Shown piece by piece: positions 34,286 to 46,680 of a stretch of 64,000 nt of DNA. Origin of the DNA: Tubulanus polymorphus (lineage: Eukaryota > Animalia > Nemertea); contig NC_134029.1 of the NCBI RefSeq assembly GCF_964204645.1, forward strand, positions 17,230,950 to 17,294,949, written 5' to 3'. The number at the start of each line of letters is the position of its first letter. Position 1 is the stretch's first letter. Both the position numbers and the translations under genes were made by a program. The notes beneath the pieces are model-generated. The model had not been told where the DNA came from. It made no database searches and saw nothing but the letters and a program-made list of their open reading frames with translations.

Positions 34286-36677
34286 TACCCGGTAAACTAA
34301 AACCGCTTATGAGAAAAAAAATTGAAACCGCTTATCAGTAAAAAATTGAATAATCGGCAGCTATTTTACATACAGCTGCGAACATAAATTTAACCAGACA
34401 TTGTTATATGCTTGCGAGAGACAATGAGACAGCTGCTACTAGCTTTTTGACATTAAGGAACGACTACACCTGACCGAAGTGACCTCTTGGGCACATGGAA
34501 AATCAGTAGTATAGTCTGTATTGGTGATGTACACTTACTTCAGTCCGTCCAGCGCGAACCATTCAGTGTCATACCTGATAAACTCCTAATCTGTACCATA
34601 TGAATGTTTACTAGCCACAGTTAGTCCCGGCCAGCTGAACGTACGTTGAAATATTAAACGTCTGGTCGTCGTCGTTAGTTTTCCGGTTGTATTCCGACCC
34701 CAATACAATAGCAAAAAGAATTGGTTATTTCGACCCTGGTGTATCGTCTGGAGTTTCATTGAAATATATTGTTAATGTGTTATTGTCAAGGCGTCAATAA
34801 AACTTCAAGTTAGATTTCTTTTTATCTCTCATTGTACTATCATGGCGCGGGCGGGTGATCGCGTTCTTAACGATTTTTGGGGTAAAACTTATTGGGTGGT
34901 GATGAAAAATGAAGATATCTTTTCTGCTTTCTCACCCGTATGACGTCATGCACAGCAGCGCCACTGATTAATTCACGGCGAAATTAGTAAACTCGTCCGT
35001 ATCGATATCTTACATCTGGCTGAGATGTACTCTTACGAATCACACTCTTACGAATCAGGCAATACTTTGAAAGACGTTATTTCTAAATGTGTCTTGTCGC
35101 CGGCTCTTACTAAAGATAGTATTGAATAAAAGTTTTTACACCACAAACGGTTCATTAAATTGAGAGATTTGATAAGCTGCGTGAACACGAGGATTTCAGT
35201 ACCGTACTAAGTGTTCACACTTGGAAATTATTTGTGGCCTATTCTCAGCCAATTCAGTATCGTATTGAAATACCAGGCTTATGAACTGGAACAGAACCCG
35301 ATCTCAGTACGGCACTGAGCTGGCCGCGTATTTTTTATAGTGTGAACGCAGATTCGGCACTTTTTTATAGCATATTGTAGTATAGTATTATTGTAGTCCA
35401 CTACACTCAAACGGGAGGATGAGTGTCGTTTATTCACTTAATAGTCATCTGTTATGGGCTAGAATTATTGCGATGAAATCTTCGTACGCTTCCCAGTTCG
35501 ACATCACCAATTAGGCAGAAACCCGTTATCGCTGCTGTGCAGCTATATTTTCAAATTTTGTTTTGAAGTTCACTCCAATGAGTCCGTTAATAAACACAAC
35601 AATTATACTGTGTTTGTTTGAGACAGTAAAGCTCAGTACCGGCGAAGGATCACTCCGAATGTCAAGTGTGAGTCCATCATATGGATAGGAGTGCGTTATA
35701 TACTTGTATTTAGTAAATACCTCGTGCATTTGACAATGATCGGTAAGTACTGTAGAAATATAGAGTATTGATAAATGGTTGAAGCCCGCAGCCGAATAAA
35801 GTAATATATTCTTTTAATTTGATACCTCGTCGAGACAACAGCTTTTCTTCGCTACATCTCTTCGGCGTTTTTTGTTTAGGCCTACGACTCCCCTGTACTC
35901 TTATGATTTATCCTACTAAATAAACGGTAAATTTGGTAAAGAGGTATTGTTAAACTAACTGCTTGAAGGCCGCTGCCAAATAACTGGTAGTAATAAATTA
36001 ATTTGTACTTGATTTGAATCTCATGATGAGGAGCAACTCGCAGCTGATCCCCGAAACGACAATGTAGAGAAACACGTCGAATCGTCGATGTGTACGGCTC
36101 GACAGTGCTTTAAGATCTAAAATAGTAAATGTCCTGTGTATCGGTAATATGATTTGATGAGGAAAATGGGCTATTGTTAAAATTAGTTTTTAAAGACCAC
36201 GGCTGGATGTGGAATCTTTGGGTAATAAATTGGTCAATTTATGCTTGAATTGATAATCGACGTGACAAGAAACCTGCGGTAGATTTCGGAGAGAAGACTT
36301 AGAAAAACATGTCGACTCTTTGAGAACTTTTTCGATTTTTATGGCCCCGACAGTGCTTTTGACGGAAAATCTCGGAACGCTCTCGAATACCTAATTATTA
36401 AAATATGTTTTAAAATTTCAGATGACGGAACCGATTTCTATTTTGTAAGCCGCTTATTTTATTCACTCATAAGCGGTTTAGCATAGTATTAAATCATCAT
36501 GCTCGATTATATATTGCCGTGAGTTTACGAAATTTGTCAACTATTGGTTATCGTCTACAACAAGCCGAAAAACTAGGTACGTAAGTGACCGTATTCATAA
36601 AACCTCGCTAAGTATGTTTCTTGCTAAGTTCCTTACTTCCAATAGTTTGGCTACGTAGTTAGCAACCAGCTAAACAC

Positions 36678-37783
36678 ATTTTTAGCCCACTTGGAACTTT
36701 AGTCCCAGCGGGCTATTGCGTTCACTTTTCGTCCGTCGTCCGTCCGTTCAAGATGGCAGCCATTGTTGTTATCCAAAATCAGCACTTTTTTTTACATTTT
36801 CGAAGTTTTCGAGGGAAATTTTGAAGACGCTTTGATCATTCATATATATTTGTATCCCCCAAGGGCCCATCAGTATGTGAAAAATTGGGTCGATCGGACT
36901 CAAATGGCTGTCGTCCTGTGACATTTTTTGTGCCCAAAAATGTCAATTTTGGCCTGAATTCTGAGTCCTGTAGCTTCCTATTGGTTTGCCATTTTTCATT
37001 GCAATTTGTGGTGGGTATGGCTTTGGAAAGGGGTGTTTTATACCCGAGACAGGTATATTTGATCAGGCAATTATGACACCATTGGCGGCCATCTTGGTGT
37101 CATCAGTACTCTTTCGTAGGTGGAAAAAAGTTTTGTTCCACATTACGTTGATACCTATGATCGTGGTGTGGTATCAAGGTCATTGGTTTTTGCATATGGC
37201 CACCAAGTGGCGTTGAACAATGTAATAACTTGGTATTTCTTTATTATATTCTTACCTACGTATGCATATTTTGCTACCACAATCAATTGGAAAGTTGTAG
37301 CTCATGACATGGTCTATGATCGTGGTGGAGTATCAAGGTCATTGGTTTTTGCATATGGCCACCAAGTGGCGTTGAACAATGTAATAACTTGGTATTTCTT
37401 TATCATATTACCACAATCAATTGAAAAGTTGTAGCTCAAGACATGCTCTATGATTGTGGCGAGTTACAAGGACACTAGTTATTCTATATAGCCACTAGGG
37501 GGCGTTGAATAGTAGAATAACTTATTGTTAATAATAATTTCCTTATTATATTGGTACCTAGGCATATTTTGTTACCAAGATCATTTGCAAAGTTGTAGCT
37601 AATGACGCGTTCTATGATTATGATGAGTTTCAAGGTCATTGGGCTTTGCATATGGTCACCAGGGGGCATTGAGTAGTAGAAAAACTTAGTATTTCCATAT
37701 CATATTGGTAACTAGGCATATTTTGTTACCACAATAAATTACAAAATTGTAGCTGCTGGCATGGTGTCCCTGGCCCCTAGTTT
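36678..37783 (+). mobile_element. Helentron/HINE-like non-autonomous element with (cgtc)n and tandem repeats of about 135-165 bp
   Basis: Head is tttttagcccac...gggctattg...cgtccgtcgtccgtccg; four units start ctatgat at about 37156, 37314, 37447 and 37612; ends ...ggcccctagttt. Confidence 0.65.
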
Positions 37784-37990
37784 GAGAATAGGGGAGCTAG
37801 TTCATCGGTTGTTTGGTGTTCAAATCGTCGATTCTGAATTCAAAGCCGATTGAAATTCGTTGTTTCAGAGCAACGTATAAGATACAAAAATTATTTTGAT
37901 TCCAAGACAAATGCCGAAATTAATGCATCGTAACGCAGGCTATATACTTATAATATATGATTATTTATTTGATTTTCTTTGATTTTCAGA

Positions 37991-38854
37991 ATGTACAAAA
38001 CACTGTTTATTGCCTAGGCCTTGTTTCTGGTCATCGGAGCTATTGCCACAAAAGGTAATTTATTCGTTCCATTAAATACAATTAAATTCAATTTATTTTG
38101 ACTCCATATGAGCTTATGGCATATAATGATAATGTATTATTATTATCATTATTATTATTATTATTAATGTATTTATAGTGCCTGTATCCACTAAAAATGT
38201 GATCAAAGACACTGTAATAAAGTGTATAGTGTAATAGCAGTTTAATACCACGAAAACGAGTCATCCATATTCGGTTCTTAGACAATGGATCATAGATATT
38301 TGCGTAGAAGCATCCGTTAAATCAATGAATTTCAATTTTGTACGTTGCCAATAATACTTTAGGGTGAACTTTTCCCTTAATGCAATGTGCAGCTGATAGT
38401 CGAAAAGTATATGACATCCATCGCCGATTCTACTGCAAACTGAGCAATTCAATAATCTAATTAGGTTTACTGGAATAAAATCGGTTTGTGACACTATTTG
38501 TTCAAACCGACATATTATTTGTCAAACCCTAAACGGTCTGAATAAACCAGCGCAACAATTTCAGTAGGATGCTAGTAAACAGATAGAAGTCGTCAAGCGC
38601 CATGTTACTGAACAGAAAATCTATATCGCGCCGGTAACGAAGGCCCCTATATCAAGTGTACCGAAACCTAATCGCCCAAGAGATTTGGCTAATTTACATA
38701 TCACATATTTTATGTTTTTCAGGACTTAAGCTTCAAAAGAGAAACCTGCCATGTCACTGGTCCTATTAAACATGGACTCTACTGGCTGATCGAGGGCCAA
38801 GGACCTTCGAGTGGATGTTGCAGAATGTTGATGGGCAAATGTTGTCCGATTTAA
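37991..38854 (+). pseudogene. Two-exon precursor of a secreted 6-Cys APETx/BDS-like (beta-defensin-fold) peptide; exons 37991-38054 and 38723-38854
   Basis: Signal peptide MYKTLFIA*ALFLVIGAIATK, then a phase-1 GT..AG intron with a ctaat branch site, then GLKLQKR. The mature part reads NLPCH[frameshift]GPIKHGLYWLIEGQGPSSGCCRMLMGKCCPI*. Confidence 0.72.
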
Positions 38855-39807
38855 TATCCCAATACAGATCGACGCTTCCTTTTTGACTGATAATTCGCGT
38901 ACCAGTTCGACTAAAAATGGTCTAACAAAACTTAAAACGCATGCGAATGCTTCTTTTTTTCATCTGGGATATTGGATGTCATGGTCTTTGACAGACGATA
39001 TAACTGGTACATTTACGTCATCACAATACCTTACAAATTACTTTCGATATGATTCGAATTCCTGTAGTTCTTTGACGCTACAAAACATGACATACACTAT
39101 GCGACACGTACGTATAAACAGGTTAAACAGATTCTGCAGCGGCAAGAACCTCGCATGATGGGCTGACATCGGCAGTGACCACGACCTTGTTACGACTGCA
39201 CCGGCCCTTTCGCGGCCTGTTTTTGCACCATTTTGACTGCACTGTTTGTTCAACCAATTTACAAGACCTAATAGACGATCATACTTTGTGGGATCACTTG
39301 TGTTGTTCACATGCGTCATACATCCGTCAAGATATAACCCCTTGGAGCCCAACGCATATACGACACACAGGGAAGCACAGAAACGCGGAAACATGTGCCT
39401 TGCCTGCGGTAATGATCAGATCACACCTGAAATATTATAGAAAACTTTTCATGCGAATCCACGAATGGCGGTCGCCACCCTAGCTTTATTGCTATGTAAA
39501 TTGATAGTTTGTACGAGATGTTGAAATTCAAATCGATTGAAAACTTACAGAATTATATCACGATAGAATTTCGTCCAGCCGCTAGAACTTATATTAGGCG
39601 TCGATGGTGAAAATGTTTCTAGCCGCATTTGCCAAATTCAATTCAATAAATAAACTTGATTCGATTTTCCCGAGTAAGAGAGACCCATAAATCAATCCCA
39701 CACACGATCATCGTGTGTGGGATTGATTTCATATTGAAACGTTCAACAAAATCCGAGGTAAAAAATAATGCAGCGACGTTTGACGCAGAAACAGAAGGGG
39801 ATGCGAG

Positions 39808-40480
39808 ATGGTGAACGATAATACTTCACTAACAATTAGGTCATGTCCAGAACCAAAGCTCGTATGGAACTACGTTCGATACCACGCGAAGGTCTACGGT
39901 ATGGTTCCACTTTGCATTATCGGCATAGCTCTGAACGCGATCACCATCGTTATATTGGGTCGTCTGCGTAGGGGGCGCACCGTTCCGTTAACGCGCGGTG
40001 GAGCCTGGCTATCGTCAAGATAAACAAGCTGCCTTTAGAAACGCTGAGATACATAGCATTTCACATCGTCTACGGTCGTTACGTGTTTTGCCAACATCCT
40101 CGCCAGATGTTTCCGCGCATGTGCCATGCGTTACGGATATACCAAACGACACCCTTCTCTTCACGCGTAACTGGGTGACTGTTTTAATTCAAATCGTGCG
40201 CTTATTCATCATAGTTTTCCCATTGATAGCTCAGATTGTGATCATACCGCGCCGTATGATTGTATTTTGTGCATCGATGTATTTTTGACGTACAATATTT
40301 GTGAATGGTCGATCCATATGCCAATATACATGTACATTACCAACGGGTGCATTAGCCTGGACAAAACGATACCGACAAAAATTATTACGGCAATCGCAAA
40401 ATATTCTTCACTGTAGTACCCATCGTGCTGACCGCGACGTCGAATACGATCTTGTTAATTTGGCTCGCTGTTGATAGGAG
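39808..40480 (+). pseudogene. Rhodopsin-family GPCR pseudogene
   Basis: TM1 YGMVPLCIIGIALNAITIVILGR and TM3-like LFTRNWVTVLIQIVRLFIIVFPL lie in different frames; truncated by repeats at about 40486. Confidence 0.7.
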
Positions 40481-40485
40481 GTCAT

Positions 40486-40745
40486 TTATTAGGGTTTTCT
40501 GTTACTTCACAGAAAACCCTATTGAGATTCGCGTGTTTCTTGTTAGGGTTTATGCTGCCTTCGCAGAAACCCTATTGTAATTCTACTGATTATTATTAGG
40601 ATTTCTGCTGCCTTCGCAGAAACCCTATTGTATTCCTGCTGATTATTATTAGGGTTTCTGCTGCTTTCGCAGAAACCCTATTGTACTTCTGTTGATTGGG
40701 TTTTCTGTTTCTTCACAGAAAACCCTATTGAAATTCGCGTGATTA
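40486..40745 (+). repeat. Five stacked hairpin units (tagggtttctg...cagaaaccctattg), likely reiterated termini of a Helentron-like family
   Basis: Units start at about 40490, 40544, 40597, 40650 and 40697, each with an internal inverted repeat. Confidence 0.75.
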
Positions 40746-41347
40746 TTATTTTTTTTTTCCCTTTTCCACATAGTTTTTGTTAAAAGAGTAAAGGCTTCCT
40801 TACCTTACCGCTGTCGCCGATACAATCCGTATGATGTCCTTCAGCTCACTTCAATCTCCAAATACTGCATGGGAATTTTGATAAATCCACGTTATAAAGG
40901 CACTGTCGAGCCGTAAACATCGGAAATTTGGCTCCATTCAATTAGTAGCCATGTTGTGTTTTCTTACCGATATTTCTCTCTTCTTTTCAAGGAAGAGCTA
41001 TCGAATTATTCCCTCTCTTCTCCACAATCAATTTCAAAGTCAATTTTATGAATTTATTGCTCAGCGGGTCCGAGTCCAAGAGTTTACGAGTCCGGCGTTC
41101 GCGTGTCTGACAGGTTTACGGGCATTTGTTTGTTACCTCTTTAATATTTTTGATTTCTTGTTATTCCGGTTATTTTATTTAAGTATATTGCTGATCAGTT
41201 CATGTAACCAAAAGCGTCAATAAACAGACTTTGAATTGATCAAGTTTAAATCAAGGTCGTTAAGTCGCGGAAGGCTACTAGAATTACGTTCGTCTTCGTC
41301 TTCGTCTCAGAGAGAAAACAAACGACAGAAAAGTATCAGGTGATTAT

Positions 41348-42552
41348 CAGGGCTGCCAACCCTCCCGAATTATTCGGAATCCTCCCGATTTGCGTGAAGA
41401 AATTCCGACGATACGATCGGGTATACAAAATTCCGACTTTTTTTTTCTTTTTCGGCGATGTCCGATTTTCCACCCGCCAGCGCGTTGTAACACAATATGA
41501 TGATTTGGTAGAACAGAATTGAATAGGTGGGGAATTTATATGCACGCCCGCGGTGGATGAGTGCGTGGCTATATACTGTGTACGTGGGTCAGGCGATAAA
41601 CAGCGCTTACTAGCGCGCGCGTGCGTGCGTGTGTGTGTATGAGAGTAGCTGTGTTATTGATTTTATCTACGCATGGCGTACGATTATTTCGTAGTAGGAG
41701 AGCAGCTTTTTAATTTGTTTCAAGAATAAAAATAAAGTTCATTCGTTTTAAAATACGTTGTTTTCAATCATTTTTGTGAAAATATTATGACATGTGGCAA
41801 AATGTGATTGTTATTGTCAAATTGCTCCGCATCGTTTCGGAGAAGAATCGGTTTACTGCGGTAATTAGCTCGTTTTCGCAGCGCGATTAGCATTCGAAGA
41901 TCCGGGTTAGATTTCAACGTGTGGACTCTTTGAAATGTTTCGGTAAGCAATTGCTTTGCTAGTTTGAACCTTAATGTTGTCACTCTTGTGTTAGTTTGAT
42001 TTAAAAAGATAATTTAAGATGCTTTTGAGCAGTGCATCTCAAAGTAAACTTTTAGTTCGCATATTTGGCTGATGGCAGCACCATCGAGTAGCATGTAGAT
42101 TTAGAGACTTTTTACTGTTTGTATCTTTCAGTTCTGTACGTGGAGTCTCTCTTGGACAGTATCATGGAATTGATGCTGGAAATGGATATATTCGCATGAC
42201 AGCTGTATAGTGTTATGTAATTCGTTTGACAATTTATGCCAGTTTTATGTTCTTATTTTTAGTCTATTGTATATTTTTGATAAACACAGTTTATTTTTTT
42301 CTTTCATAAAATAATAAAGAAAAAATACATTCTGTAGAATTTGCTGATTTTTTATTTTGCTAATAATTCCATATTTTCATATCCAGCTTTCATATATTAC
42401 ACGTGAAAGGTATTCCTAATTGAAAGCAAAATATTCCTACTTGGAAAAGTCACAATTTCTTCGGTTTCGATATATTCCTATTGAAACCTTCAATATTCCT
42501 AATTAATCTGCCATTCATCCCTAAATGGAATTTTGAAAGGTTGGCAGCCCTG
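41348..42552. mobile_element. Non-autonomous hAT-like DNA transposon
   Basis: 14-bp TIR cagggctgccaacc / ggttggcagccctg, flanked by the direct repeat gattat (41342-41347, 42553-42558). Confidence 0.8.
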
Positions 42553-42729
42553 GATTATCGATAGCCTACAACGGTACACACAGTTGACAAACAGTGTTAG
42601 GCCTGTGCCGGTTGGTGCGTACTGGGACTAAATATACTGGTTGGTCAGTTGGTTCGGTTGTGAAGTGTGGAAGCTAAGATTATAAGAAAGCCTACCGGTA
42701 TTTATTTGTCTATAGGCCTATTATATAAA

Positions 42730-43165
42730 GCCAATACCATTTTAAGTACGTAGTTGTTAACCGCACGTGACTGTACGGTGATCTCCACAGGTTAACCGCG
42801 TACGTGAGGTCCCTACTAAGTCTATAATGCCATACGTGAGTTCCTAGTAGCCAATACCATTTTAAGTACGAAATTGTAACGCGTACGTGACTGTACGGTG
42901 ATATCCACAGGTTAACCGTACGTGAGTTCCCTACTTACGCCGTTTGGGTTTGGGTTAGGTGAGGCTAGGCTATTTGTAAATCAAATTTCATCCATCCACC
43001 AGTTACGTTCTGTGGCACAGTGGGTAAATCACTGGACTACTACTGGTTTTTTTTTCGTTTGGTTTCGAATCCCAATATTGCAAGTCTGAGCGTCAACGTA
43101 CTCACATATGGCTAACCTGTAGAAAACACCGTACAGTCACGTACAGGTAACAACAGCGTTTTAAG
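42730..43165. repeat. Composite repeat: 120-bp tandem duplication, inverted third copy and tRNA-like A/B boxes
   Basis: gccaataccattttaagtacg..gtgactgtacggtg at 42730 and 42850; reverse complement at about 43100-43155; tggcacagtgg and ggtttcgaatccc at 43013-43073. Confidence 0.5.
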
Positions 43166-45896
43166 TATTAAGTGAGTACGACAAGCCTACCATGCCTATG
43201 TACTACAAACACAACATTTTCCCTCTCGTCGGCCCTACAGTGATGTTACTATAACTGGTGCCATTATAATATGGATAGGATTTGGTCAGGACTAGCCTAA
43301 AGTCTAATTCAGTCTATGTACTAATTCACTCGATAGGCCTATTTTTAAAACAATACAGTGAAATATTCACACGCAGAAAGGCTAATTGATTTGAGCCATG
43401 TGATTAAGTTTGGCCAGGCCTTCTCTGACCTGCTGACATTATTAGTCAAACAAAAACGTTCATGTGGTCACGGCTTGTATACCAGAAATCATTGTAGGCC
43501 TGTACATTTTGCTGTTCGTAGGTTTGGTATACCGATTTCTCCATTCTGACTGATAAGTGTACGGTACAGCTGTACGCATTATACAATTGTTTCAATGGGA
43601 TTAGGGCCTATTGATTGGGCTTATTATTTCCTGCTTTAGAATACTGAAATAAACCTAATGTTCATTCAAATATCCAACATCGTTGAAAGTTTGATTACTG
43701 TATACATGTACTGTAGGTTTTCATGTTGTATGAATATTTTGCAGTTCAAATGGGTATGATGCTGATTCCAATGTCAAACGCATGAAGTTAGATGGTCAAG
43801 GACCGTCCACACCAAGATATCTCTCTTCGACCGATGTTGTACCATAGAAGATCTTATTCTTTTAACTCAGGGAAAGTGATTCAACACGATCGACATAACA
43901 CTGGAATAGGTTTGCAGTATCTAACGGTTCATTTCATTTAGTCCTATGTACTTTTTAGCCAATTTGGATTTGATTGTAATTGAAACTCTGGAACTGTTAA
44001 CAAAAGACAAGTTGAAAAAACACAAGTTATGCTTGATTCTCATGTTCAAATTTAATTCAAATTCAAATTTATTTTATTACATCATATTTACAAAGCATAT
44101 CATTGGTTCATACAGTAATAGAAATTAGGACAGAACAAATATTATTACAGAATTTCCCAAAAGGCAATGAATTTCTATAACTAAATGAACATTATTTTTC
44201 TAATAACTCGGAACAAGAGTGACTCTCCTGTTTATTAGGAAACACACGCAACTAGTGGAATAGGTTTGATTTACACACATGTTGCAGGTATCAATTGTTT
44301 ATCACTATAATATTTGTAATCCATAAAAGCCAAAATCAACATCAGCCGGAAACCCAGACCAGATCAATTCATAATTTATTGATTGAATCTACACTACAAT
44401 ATATGTAGTGTAGATTCATTAACTTCTTAAATCTATTCTAAATCATAGTACGTTCTTATCTGTAAATTCACTCAATCTATCGACCGGTTCCTGAACTTCG
44501 CTGAAAAAGCTGAATCACTGAAACGCTGAAACGCTGAAATAAAAACGCTTAAATTTCAGGGAATTTCCGAAAAACGCCGAAATTTCAGGGAGTTCCCGAA
44601 AAACGCTGAAATCGTCCTAGGTACCGACAATACACGTTTTGAAATATTTTCCGGGCCGGTGTCCGCTGCCGAGCTCTGAACCGTGTTTTAGTCTCTACCT
44701 TCGGTTACAGAGACAAGCATGGACAGTATGTGTGGAGTATACTTCTGGAGGGCTACTTGTTGGACAAATTAATTCGCTTGAAATCCGGATTTTTAATGCA
44801 TACAGGCAGCGTAATGAGGAAAACCCATTCACAAACCGTGCAAGCCAACTTAAACACTATGCTCAATATTCCCTGCAAGACGCAAAATATCTTATTTCAA
44901 CGTTCATGTATTAAACATGGAGCAACTTTTCTTTTGTCTACACGTTGATGGGCGACGAACTATGGTATTCTCTGAAGGAGGTAGATTAAATTTGACAGCT
45001 AGTTATATAAATGATGCAGCTTTTGGACAAAAGGGATCTAACTAAATTTCTTTTTAAATCACTGTGGAATGGAATGGAATGGATTGACGCCAACGGCATG
45101 CAGTAGGCCCCTACGTATGCGTCATACTGATTAGCGTCAACCAATTAATCTAAATCGGGCAAACCATTCAACAACTATGAATAAGTTATTTGCTGTGGTG
45201 TGATAATAATTAGTTTTTTTTGAAGAAATGACATACCAACTATTAGAAAAATGTACCGATTCTTATTTTTAGACTACTACTGAATCTATAAAAGGAGGAG
45301 TCATAGACAAAGTTGATTTGCTTAGCTGGAGACACTTCTTGTCAAGTACATCATCTCAATTACTGGGTGTTTTGTAAGTTTAATTTCAGTATTTATTCTC
45401 TGCTGTTCCCTCGGACCTCAGTGCTTTCAAACTAGGCCCAAACCCATAGGCTATATAGTCCAGGGTCTATTAGCGACTACTTTTTTATTTCCTACTTAAA
45501 TGCACCTTTTTCTATTTCAGACTCAGGCTTAGAATGTGCAAATTTTTTGAGATACTGAGAAATCAGCTGGCACCAGTAAACTTCAACTGCGAAATTTGCA
45601 GCAGGATAGCTGAACGACACAATTTTTAAAAATAAAATGGCTGTTCGAATGCTATTTCAATAATAACTTGATTCGACCAGAGAGAAATAAGTCAATTGTG
45701 GATGTACAGTACACCCACTTTTCTTCCCTGTTTCCTGGTACCAAATTTTTAGTCTTAAGCTAAGCGATATTCTAAGGTATGCAAGTGGATTTCATTAGAA
45801 TATGAAGCAATGGAACCAGAATTCTAGCCCGAGTTAAGCGAACTATTGATTCTGATATAATGTAAGAACTGATTTCCTTTGTGTACTCTTGCAGAA

Positions 45897-46232
45897 TGTC
45901 ATCCTCCCCCGGCAGGGATTCGAACCTGATGGCATCGAGATTGCCACGGCACGAAACCCTGCCATTATCGACCGTGTGCGCAGATACATGCGCAGTTCAG
46001 ATGATGTGATATTTAGCCAATCAGAAATCCCGTTTTATTTTAGCCCGGGTTTTCCCATTTATAGTTCTTCCTTGAAATTTGCCTCAACGATTATACACCG
46101 AGCAATCTGATTGGTGCCGCCAGTTTTTGTTCAGAAAGCTGCGCATGTACCTGCGCACCCGGTCTACTGATGCAGGGGTTCGTGCCGTGGCGATGCCATC
46201 AGGTTCGAGTCCCTGCAGAGGGAGAATGGCAG
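45897..46232. mobile_element. Foldback MITE-like palindrome
   Basis: Arms gcaggga.tcgaacctgatggcatcg..ccacggcacgaa.ccctgc..gtgcgcag.tacatgcgcag are inverted about a short spacer. Confidence 0.7.
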
Positions 46233-46680
46233 AATGTGTTATGTATTATTTCAAGCTGTTAAATAATATAGTTAGACAAACGTCCAATTATTGAATCTTT
46301 CTTGTTGACTCGTTTAATTTTGTGAGTTTAGAGTTCCAGTCAATCCACAATGTGCAGTGCCTAGCCTTCATCTACACTAAAGCCATGCCTGTGTATGGGA
46401 AAATGTCGTTCGACTCCTATAAGCCAGACAAATCAAAGCATGCAATACATTGCAGATAGTAGTCTCCGGCAAGTTGAAAGAGAAAGTAAACCAGGTTTTA
46501 CCCCGTACCCTACCCGGGAACAAAGACACTTAAAGACTCCTTCCTCCTTGTAGAAATTGTAGAAATATGGCACCCAAACGTATCAATGCTAAATACAGTA
46601 TACTATGACGGTTGAACCTTTATTAACGAATTTCAATGACACCGAAAATAGAATCAAAATAATCATAAGTTCCATGCTAG

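Noticed and set aside
35695-35748. Possible TATA and non-coding first exon (donor gtaagt at 35743) for the toxin-like gene
   Set aside because: An acceptor does precede the ATG at 37991, but nothing links it to this particular donor without transcript data.
39038-39394. 118-aa ORF with hydrophobic start and dibasic sites (neuropeptide or GPCR remnant)
   Set aside because: There are no repeated peptide units or convincing 7TM motifs, so it cannot be supported.
40486-40745. CRISPR-like hairpin repeats with short spacers
   Set aside because: The repeats are degenerate and the spacers resemble each other; they match transposon termini.
43008-43075. tRNA gene
   Set aside because: A- and B-box-like motifs are present but no cloverleaf forms; at most a SINE-like head.
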